From positions 1 to 36,647 of IMG/VR virus record IMGVR_UViG_3300043173_000136: a DNA stretch of 36,647 bases, one strand, 5' to 3'. The first letter of the stretch is position 1; each line of letters begins with the position of its first letter. Both the position numbers and the translations under genes were made by a program. Positions 1-6,071 of this stretch are shown one piece after another. This DNA comes from a virus. Its lineage: Duplodnaviria; Caudoviricetes. The notes under the pieces were generated by a model. That model saw nothing but the letters and a program-made list of their open reading frames with translations. It had not been told where the DNA came from and searched no databases.

Positions 1-2
1 CG

Positions 3-602
3 CCAATACTTAGGCCGCTACGCTTCAAACGTGAGGATAGCAACGGCGATACACAATACTATACCGGCGGTTTTAAGCTGGCCTACGTTTGGAACGTAAC
101 GCAATGGAGCGGCCTAACATTACCGGACGTCGAGACGCGCAGCGAGCAAGATATAGACCCGCGCGCCTTGGATATTTTCGCCGCTAATACTGGCGCGGAT
201 ATCACTCACGACGGCGGCGACCGCGCGTATTATCAGCCCGCTACGGATAGTGTGCATATGCCAGAAAAAAGCGAATTCAAAACCGAGGGCGGTTATTACG
301 GTACGCTTTTACATGAGCTTACCCACTGGACAGGCCACAAATCGCGCCTAGATCGTAGCAAGGCAAAAAGCGAAGCGAAACACGGTTATGCGTTTGAGGA
401 ATTGGTTGCGGAATTAGGCGCCTACCATTTGAGCGAGCGTATCGGCTGCCCAAATGAGTGTGAAAACCACGCCAGCTATATGCAATCCTGGCTCAAAGCG
501 CTAGACAATGATCCCGCCTATTTGTGGAAGGCCGCGAGCCTGGCAGAAAAGGCCGCTGATTTGCTCGAAACGCTCGGCCGGGGGGAAGCCAAGGCCGCAT
601 AA
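3..602 (+). CDS. ardC: ArdC-like antirestriction/ssDNA-binding protein with zincin-like (MPTase) C-terminal domain, 5' truncated
   Basis: The frame is open from position 3 (…FKLAYVWNVTQ… resembles the ArdC Y-V-F-N-x-x-Q motif). The C-terminal part has AYYQPATDSVHMP, GTLLHELTHWTGH-x-x-RLDR, YAFEELVAELGA and HASY-x-x-SWLKAL, all typical of ArdC/DUF1738-associated proteins. Confidence 0.88.
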   Translation, partial: PILRPLRFKREDSNGDTQYYTGGFKLAYVWNVTQWSGLTLPDVETRSEQDIDPRALDIFAANTGADITHDGGDRAYYQPATDSVHMPEKSEFKTEGGYYGTLLHELTHWTGHKSRLDRSKAKSEAKHGYAFEELVAELGAYHLSERIGCPNECENHASYMQSWLKALDNDPAYLWKAASLAEKAADLLETLGRGEAKAA

Positions 603-624
603 AAAAGGCCACGACGACGACTAG

Positions 625-652
625 AGGCCCGCTAATAGCGGGCCTTTTTTTT
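625..652 (+). terminator. Rho-independent terminator
   Basis: AGGCCCGCT-AAT-AGCGGGCCT stem-loop followed by a T-tract, just after the ardC stop. Confidence 0.85.
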
Positions 653-662
653 ATGCGCAAAG

Positions 663-705
663 TGTGACGCGTGTCACATACAAAGGATATCGGCTATACT
701 ATATT
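663..705 (+). promoter_or_regulatory. CRP-family box TGTGA-N6-TCACA with class II-spaced -10 element
   Basis: TGTGAcgcgtgTCACA at 663-678. TATATT at 700-705 lies 21 bp downstream, placing the box centre at -41.5. An overlapping TATACT sits at 695-700. Confidence 0.6.
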
Positions 706-732
706 AGTAGCTCATTACATGGAGTTATCGAA

Positions 733-969
733 ATGAGAGAGTTATTTAAATTTAAGGAAAAGGACTACGGGCACGAATTCGTATACAGCAACAACGAAAC
801 CCCGTGCACGTTTGGCGACTTCCCGCATACCATTTATCTCGACGACGCAAACACGACGCGCAATGCGCGAATTCTGAAAACCGTGGCTTATGTTGCGGTC
901 GATGAAAACGAATTCGGGCAGCCCGTTGTCGAGCGCTGGCAGATAATCAACCGAGGGCGGATATTATGA
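733..969 (+). CDS. Hypothetical protein (MRELFKFKEK…)
   Basis: GGAG RBS at 721-724 precedes ATG 733. The listed GTG start at 664 falls inside the palindromic box and is unlikely. Confidence 0.75.
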   Translation: MRELFKFKEKDYGHEFVYSNNETPCTFGDFPHTIYLDDANTTRNARILKTVAYVAVDENEFGQPVVERWQIINRGRIL

Positions 970-1151
970 ACCGCGAGCTATTCAAAACGGACCCGCGAGA
1001 TTACGCGCTCGAATTGGTTGAGCAAGGCCACGACGCGAATCATTTACTTTTATGCGCGCTCAAATATCTAAGTCACGACGACGTTAGAGATATGCTTGAC
1101 TGTAATGAGTTAAGCCCGCGTTTCGACGACGACGACGACGACGACGACTAA
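966..1151 (+). CDS. Small acidic hypothetical protein with C-terminal poly-Asp
   Basis: ATGA overlap with the upstream gene, GAGG upstream, 19 of 61 residues D/E. Confidence 0.75.
   Translation: MNRELFKTDPRDYALELVEQGHDANHLLLCALKYLSHDDVRDMLDCNELSPRFDDDDDDDD
1125..1148 (+). repeat. (GAC)8 trinucleotide tract encoding Asp8
   Basis: Directly visible before TAA 1149-1151. Confidence 0.95.
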
Positions 1152-1175
1152 CCGCTAATACATGGAGTTATTGAA

Positions 1176-1517
1176 ATGAGAAAGACTATTATCAAAAATA
1201 TTGAACTGGCACCAATGCGCCAGGATTGCGACGGCGGATCATACCGCACGGGCACGGCGTACTTAGACTTAGCCAAGGCCAGGCACCATTTCGGCGCGGC
1301 CGGCGGTCACGGCGACGGCGAAAAAGTCACGGCGGAATGGTTTTTTAATACGCCGCGCGGCGTCGCCATTTTGCGCGACTATTGGTGGAACGGCGCCAGC
1401 GTGCTAAGTATCGCCAGCGCGGGCCCGCACGCGGGGCGCTGGCTCGCGGCCTATTTGCGCACGCTCGGCGTGCGGGCTCATATGGGGATGCCCGAGCGAT
1501 ATAGGCCCGTGCACTAA
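1176..1517 (+). CDS. Hypothetical protein
   Basis: Strong GGAG RBS in a leader nearly identical to that of the 733 gene; followed by a terminator. Confidence 0.75.
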   Translation: MRKTIIKNIELAPMRQDCDGGSYRTGTAYLDLAKARHHFGAAGGHGDGEKVTAEWFFNTPRGVAILRDYWWNGASVLSIASAGPHAGRWLAAYLRTLGVRAHMGMPERYRPVH

Positions 1518-1537
1518 CGGCGCCAGGCCAGGCAACC

Positions 1538-1566
1538 AAGGCCCGCCAATTGGCGGGCCTTTTTTT
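1538..1566 (+). terminator. Rho-independent terminator
   Basis: Perfect palindrome AAGGCCCGCCAATTGGCGGGCCTT followed by a T-tract. Confidence 0.85.
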
Positions 1567-1567
1567 A

Positions 1568-1583
1568 TGTGACGTACGTCACA
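1568..1583. promoter_or_regulatory. CRP-family box TGTGA-N6-TCACA
   Basis: Perfect palindrome TGTGACGTACGTCACA directly after the terminator. CAGTAT at 1605-1610 sits at the same 21-bp spacing as in the first copy. Confidence 0.6.
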
Positions 1584-1646
1584 GTTATACTTGCGATATA
1601 CGGGCAGTATACGCCGCGTGTGCAACGTTTGAAAAGAGGCGCCATT

Positions 1647-1799
1647 ATGAGCAAGGCCAAAATAGATACGCCACTGGCTCGCTTGTGCGACGGTCACCTA
1701 GACCATATCGCCAAGGCCATTAAGGCGGCCTACTGGATTGGTGCGGCCGAGGCCGCGCAACCGAATACGAAAAAGAGCGGGCATAAGCCCGCCAAATAA
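1647..1799 (+). CDS. Small hypothetical protein (50 aa, MSKAKIDTPL…)
   Basis: AAGAGG RBS before ATG 1647; lies between the palindromic box and a terminator. Confidence 0.6.
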   Translation: MSKAKIDTPLARLCDGHLDHIAKAIKAAYWIGAAEAAQPNTKKSGHKPAK

Positions 1800-1820
1800 T
1801 AATATGTTAACTCCATGTTT

Positions 1821-1846
1821 GGCCCGCCTTTTCGGCGGGCCTTTTT
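1821..1846 (+). terminator. Rho-independent terminator
   Basis: GGCCCGCC-TTTTC-GGCGGGCC followed by TTTTT; same stem as the two upstream terminators. Confidence 0.8.
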
Positions 1847-1850
1847 GGTT

Positions 1851-1940
1851 GAAACCCATTTGCTCGGAGCGATCAAACGTCAGTCCTAACCCGGCGAAAA
1901 CCATTTGCTCGGGTCCACCAAACGTCAAGCCTAACCCGGC
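1851..1940. repeat. Two 45-bp tandem imperfect repeats
   Basis: 1851-1895 and 1896-1940 match at 38 of 45 positions (GAAA-CCATTTGCTCGG…CAAACGTCA…CCTAACCCGGC). Confidence 0.9.
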
Positions 1941-1946
1941 GAAAAT

Positions 1947-2125
1947 GGTAACAGGGTAACAACCGCCCTAGGGTTACTAATATATGTGTATATAACACTA
2001 CTATATAAATACATCATATATTTACTAACGTTGTCACGTGTTACCTGTTACTGGATAGCACAAAGCGCCGAGCGCCGGGCGCCTCCGAGGTAACACCAAT
2101 AACAGGGGGTACCGGTAATTACCGC
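1947..2125. other. Putative replication origin
   Basis: AT-rich core (about 1977-2030) flanked by GGTAACA x2 (1947-1961) and inverted TGTTAC x2 (2039-2051), with further GGTAAC/GTTAC copies. Non-coding, directly 3' of the primase-helicase gene. Confidence 0.55.
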
Positions 2126-2134
2126 CGGCGGAAT

Positions 2135-4420
2135 CTATTTTCGTTTGGGAAGTTGCACAACCGAGCCGCCCGGCTCGCCGTTACGCAACAATTCTACCCT
2201 GATTGACTCGATATCGGTGTTACTTTTCGTGCTCATTTTCTGCGCCCATTTATCCGCGTTCCGAATGATCCACGGCCGGCATAGTGCGTTTTTCACTTTG
2301 ATTTGCCATAGCGGTTTATCGGCCATAACTCGCTGCGCCCGGCCTTGCAAAACGTTGTCTAGTATCCGGTCTAAAACGTGCGGCTCGGGGTACTCTAAAT
2401 CGTATTGTGATTTGGCCCGGTGCGCGAACGTGCGCCATTGCACGGCCGTACATATATCGCCGTCGGCTTGCTCGACGAATAGCCGCCAAGCCTCGTCGAT
2501 ACCGGATTGCGAGGCCGCCAGCATGGCGCGCTTGGCGTCGGTGTTCGGCGGCATACCGAAAGGGTCGTAGGCGCAAACCCGTTGGCGTAGTTGCCGATAT
2601 ACAACCGCGATATTGTCGGGGTCGTTCATCCACTCGCGGATATACATACGGGCGTCGGGTCCGAGCGGTTTACCGTTGGATACGATCACTAGCCGGCGGT
2701 CGTTGTCCTCTATAGCCAGGGCGTCGCGGTGATTGGTCGAAATGAATAGCGAGGCGAATACCATTTGCGTCACGTTTGCCACGCCCTTACGGACTATCAG
2801 CACGCGCCGGGCGCTCGTCTCGACTACGGATTTAACCGATTCGTAAGCGTGTCGGCGGATATACCAATTCGATTTGCTCGCGTCTAATTGGGAATCGCGC
2901 GCCTCGGGTATCGAGACTATTAGCGAATTGGCTAAAAAGTCGTTGTATTGCGATTGCGTGGTGCTGCCGGTCAGGTGCCCGAGCGTGGTTTCGGTATGGT
3001 ATTGGGGGCCGATCAACTGCGCCAGGATTTCCGAGAGGGTGCCGCGCCCGGTGCCGAATGTCTCGGCTGCCACCATTACGAGGGCGTGCATACGGTACTC
3101 GGGGTGCTGTAATTTGGTCGCGATCCAATCGAGCACGATATCGCGCTCGCGCTCGTCGGGTACCAAATGCACCATAAACTCGAAAAACGGGGCCGGATCG
3201 CCGCCGGCGGTCGCATGGCGGGGCGGCGTGTAGCTATTCAGGTGCGCCCCGTCAGCGTCGCGTACGACACGCTCGGCGGTATCGGGGCGTAGGCTCAAAT
3301 ACTCCACTTTTATCGCTTGGGCGTGCTCTAGCCAGGCGCTAGCGACCATTATCGGGTTTTTGTGGTTCGGGGTCCGTACGGTAATGCGGTTGGCGCGGTT
3401 GAAATTGGTAAATTTGATACCGCGTGCCGGGGCGTCTAGCCGCCGTACCGTATCGTCGGCGGCGACGTACGCACGGGTTTTAAGTATATCCGTTAGCACG
3501 GCCTTACCGTCGGGCGTAAAGAGTGCGCCGTCGCCCTCGGGCGGGTCTGGTAGCAAGGCGTCTAGCACGGCGCCGGTATCAGCGTCGAAATCGACGCGCT
3601 CGAAATAGGTCACCATATCGACGAAATCGGATACCCGTAGCCCGTGCTCGGTCATGGATATACGCCCGGCGCCGCTGTCCGAGTCGGGGCGGATCGCGGT
3701 TAGGTTGCAATGCCAGGTTTCGGCGCCGATTTGCTTTTTAATGGCGGCAACCGATAGCAAGCCTAGCTCGGGCTCGACGATATCAAATACGTCAAAATCG
3801 ACGAGCCGGTAATCGTGGGTCGATTCGCCGAGCGAGACGCCGCCGGCAACCGGTATAAGGTCGGTTTCGTTGCGAAAGTAATCCTCGACGTCGGCTAGAA
3901 ATCGCTCGATATCGTCCTCGGTTACCGCCGGTACATCGTCGATATCGTCGATTGCCGGTTCGGCGTCGGTCCATTCGTACGGTTGCCGGGTATCGGGGTG
4001 CATACCATAGGCCACGAATTGCGAGCCCCGGCTAAGTATCTCGACTTGATAGCCAGGGCCGTATTTCGTCGTGCGGCGTTTGCGCATTGGTTCGTCGATC
4101 CAATAAACAAGCAAACGTTTTTCGCCCTTGCCGAATCGGCAAAAACGTGTGTGCCCGAGCATGGCGGTTGCCATGTTTTCGACTATTGCGGCGTGCGTCT
4201 CGTCGTCTATATCTATATCGACGGCGAGCACATTACCGCAACGGATACCGGAATTTGCATAGAGCGCCGAGCGTTCGTATTTCTTTAAAAAATCGGCGTC
4301 AATTTCGATTGTTGACCACGCCGGCACATAGCATCGTTTACCGTCGAGGGGTAAGGGCAGATATCCATTTGATAGCAGTTGATTGCGTATTTCTTTTGGT
4401 TTTGGTATACCATGCGGCAT
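2135..4420 (-). CDS. Bifunctional primase-polymerase (Prim-Pol/AEP) fused to DUF5906/SF3-like helicase
   Basis: The N-terminus has GY-x-PLP-x-x-GK, N-x-GIRCG, AVDIDID, VEIL-x-x-G-x-QFVAYG-x-HPDT-x-x-PY-x-W. The C-terminus has a P-loop-like GTGRGT, FISTNH and DRR. GGGAG RBS before ATG 4420. Confidence 0.88.
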   Translation of the reverse strand: MPHGIPKPKEIRNQLLSNGYLPLPLDGKRCYVPAWSTIEIDADFLKKYERSALYANSGIRCGNVLAVDIDIDDETHAAIVENMATAMLGHTRFCRFGKGEKRLLVYWIDEPMRKRRTTKYGPGYQVEILSRGSQFVAYGMHPDTRQPYEWTDAEPAIDDIDDVPAVTEDDIERFLADVEDYFRNETDLIPVAGGVSLGESTHDYRLVDFDVFDIVEPELGLLSVAAIKKQIGAETWHCNLTAIRPDSDSGAGRISMTEHGLRVSDFVDMVTYFERVDFDADTGAVLDALLPDPPEGDGALFTPDGKAVLTDILKTRAYVAADDTVRRLDAPARGIKFTNFNRANRITVRTPNHKNPIMVASAWLEHAQAIKVEYLSLRPDTAERVVRDADGAHLNSYTPPRHATAGGDPAPFFEFMVHLVPDERERDIVLDWIATKLQHPEYRMHALVMVAAETFGTGRGTLSEILAQLIGPQYHTETTLGHLTGSTTQSQYNDFLANSLIVSIPEARDSQLDASKSNWYIRRHAYESVKSVVETSARRVLIVRKGVANVTQMVFASLFISTNHRDALAIEDNDRRLVIVSNGKPLGPDARMYIREWMNDPDNIAVVYRQLRQRVCAYDPFGMPPNTDAKRAMLAASQSGIDEAWRLFVEQADGDICTAVQWRTFAHRAKSQYDLEYPEPHVLDRILDNVLQGRAQRVMADKPLWQIKVKNALCRPWIIRNADKWAQKMSTKSNTDIESIRVELLRNGEPGGSVVQLPKRK

Positions 4421-4448
4421 TGCTCGTGCTCCCGACCGGACTACTGGC

Positions 4449-4490
4449 AAAAAAATCTAAGCCCCGTCGGCGCTCGTCGGCGGGGCTTAG
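4449..4490 (-). terminator. Terminator-like hairpin upstream of the primase gene
   Basis: On the - strand: CTAAGCCCCG-(14 nt)-CGGGGCTTAG followed by A and T7. Confidence 0.5.
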
Positions 4491-4511
4491 TACATTACCA
4501 CGGGGTAACCT

Positions 4512-4745
4512 ATGCCGCCACGACTAAAAGGCCGCGCACATAACCGGTGCCGCCTTTGCAATTTTGAATGGTACGACGCGCCAGGCGAGCGCGCCGAGCG
4601 GTACAAAAAAGGCTGCCCCCGGTGCGGGTCTATTTATTGGGTTTGGTTGAATTACGACGCGACGCCCGGCGCAAAGCACGTTGTCCCACGCCCCGCGCCC
4701 GGCGGTAATCAGCGAAAGCCAATTCCTCGCGGTTCCACATATTAA
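4512..4745 (+). CDS. Possible small Zn-ribbon protein (CRLC…CPRC)
   Basis: CxxC-x18-CPxCGS-x-Y-x-x-WLNY pattern and GGGG before the ATG. It is antisense to its neighbours and overlaps 4630..4965. Confidence 0.45.
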   Translation: MPPRLKGRAHNRCRLCNFEWYDAPGERAERYKKGCPRCGSIYWVWLNYDATPGAKHVVPRPAPGGNQRKPIPRGSTY

Positions 4746-4965
4746 TAATGCCGTCGGCTATTACGTCCTCGTCGCATTGGTCTAGGTCTAGCTCGGGCAA
4801 TACGCGGTGATAAATAAACTCAGCGCGCCCCGTAAGTGTTAGTACGGCGTCCTCTACCGACGGTACCGCCTCGGCCGGCATATCGGGTTGGCTGCCTATA
4901 GAAATACCGCTAATCGCAAATGCCGATAAGCCGGCCGCGCTTTTTAAAAATGTTCGTCTATCCAT
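4630..4965 (-). CDS. Hypothetical protein with twin-arginine (Tat)-like signal
   Basis: MDRRTFLKSAAGLSAFAISG matches the RRxFLK consensus plus a weak h-region; GAGGT RBS. Confidence 0.7.
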   Translation of the reverse strand: MDRRTFLKSAAGLSAFAISGISIGSQPDMPAEAVPSVEDAVLTLTGRAEFIYHRVLPELDLDQCDEDVIADGIINMWNREELAFADYRRARGVGQRALRRASRRNSTKPNK

Positions 4966-4974
4966 AGTGCTACC

Positions 4975-5295
4975 TCACATAGCTCGGGGCGTATTGCATA
5001 CGCGTTCGTAACTTTCCATTTCCTCGGGTGTCGGGTCCACGACATTAAATAGCGGGTGCGCGACGCACATTCGTAAACTACCCTCGCGGTGCGGAAACGG
5101 ATACGTATTACAGTAGCATCGCGTTTGCGCGGCGAGTTCGCGCCGGCGCTCGGCCTCGATATTGCGTACGCGGATCGTATCGCCGCACTCGGGACATTTG
5201 GGCTCGCGCTTGTATCTGTTTTTCCACGTAAACCGAGCACGGCACGAGGTAACGCCGCAACGGTAACGCGTACGGTATGCGGTGCGGCTAGTCAC
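4975..5295 (-). CDS. Cys-rich hypothetical (probable Zn-binding) protein
   Basis: YRCxxxxC, CPECG, CYC…PHR…C; GTGA coupling with the HNH gene. Confidence 0.7.
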   Translation of the reverse strand: MTSRTAYRTRYRCGVTSCRARFTWKNRYKREPKCPECGDTIRVRNIEAERRRELAAQTRCYCNTYPFPHREGSLRMCVAHPLFNVVDPTPEEMESYERVCNTPRAM

Positions 5296-5639
5296 TCGAA
5301 CAAATCGCGTTGCGGGTGTTCGGGGTGCCAGGTGTTCGACTTTTTACTATTTTCGGCATAGGTAAGCACTTGCAAATTGGTATGCACGTGTAGGCCGCAA
5401 AAATTCGGGTGCTGCAACGGGTAGATATGATCCACGACAACATTTTCGCCAGCGGCACGCCGGCGCGCGGCCTCGTCGTAAACGGCTTTAATTTTATCAC
5501 GGTCTGCCCACGGCGGCGTAGCGTAGTAAATGCGCCGCCAGTATTGAAGCGAGGGCGGTAGTTCATGGTATGGCGCGTCGGGGCGCAACCACGCCGGCAT
5601 AGGTTGAGACTTATCAAAATGCCGGCGATAGTGCGCCAT
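5292..5639 (-). CDS. HNH endonuclease family protein
   Basis: ATPPWAD…VDHIYPL…CGLHVHTNLQVL…N-x-x-K-x-N HNH signature. Confidence 0.85.
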   Translation of the reverse strand: MAHYRRHFDKSQPMPAWLRPDAPYHELPPSLQYWRRIYYATPPWADRDKIKAVYDEAARRRAAGENVVVDHIYPLQHPNFCGLHVHTNLQVLTYAENSKKSNTWHPEHPQRDLFE

Positions 5640-5642
5640 AGG

Positions 5643-6059
5643 TTAAAAGGTTGTTGGTCGCGCAATGCTACGAGTTAACGCCATAAGGCCCGTTTGTAAC
5701 TCGGTAGCGCCGATAGATACCCAACGTTGATCGACGTCGCCGCCGGCCTCGCGTAATTTATCGACGATTGAGCCGAGTTTTTCGCCGTACTCTTTTATTT
5801 CATTCATGGCGGCGATTTCGCCCTCGTTTAGCACGCGGTAACCGGTAATCGGTGTTTCTGCTACCTCGTCCTCGGCAAAGTTGTTAGCGTAATACTCGGG
5901 CGCTACATACCATTGGTCGGTATGGTCGGCGGGGTTGCGTGCGATCATACCGCCGGCTACTGGCGTGTCGGTAGCGCTTACGCTAACGCCGTCGAGATTT
6001 TCGCCCGGCTCGTACAAACGCATTTCGGCGGTATTGGTTCGGCGATATTTTTTAAACAT
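5643..6059 (-). CDS. acb2: Acb2-like cyclic-oligonucleotide sponge (C-terminal) fused to an unassigned N-terminal domain
   Basis: Residues 71-138, ITGYRVLNEGEIAAMNEIK…RWVSIGATELQTGLMALTRSIARPTTF, follow the Acb2 pattern I-x-GYR-x-L-x-x-x-EI-x-x-MN-x-x-K…RW-x-x-IG-x-T-x-x-QTG-x-MA-x-x-R-x-IA-x-P-x-x-F. Confidence 0.85.
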   Translation of the reverse strand: MFKKYRRTNTAEMRLYEPGENLDGVSVSATDTPVAGGMIARNPADHTDQWYVAPEYYANNFAEDEVAETPITGYRVLNEGEIAAMNEIKEYGEKLGSIVDKLREAGGDVDQRWVSIGATELQTGLMALTRSIARPTTF

Positions 6060-6071
6060 ATTTTTAGTTTC

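Noticed and set aside
664-732. Listed GTG starts at 664 (and 1569)
   Set aside because: Both GTGs lie inside the TGTGA boxes; downstream ATGs (733, 1647) have proper RBSs.
1851-1945. Mini CRISPR array
   Set aside because: Only two abutting imperfect units, with no unique spacers of CRISPR length and no cas operon.
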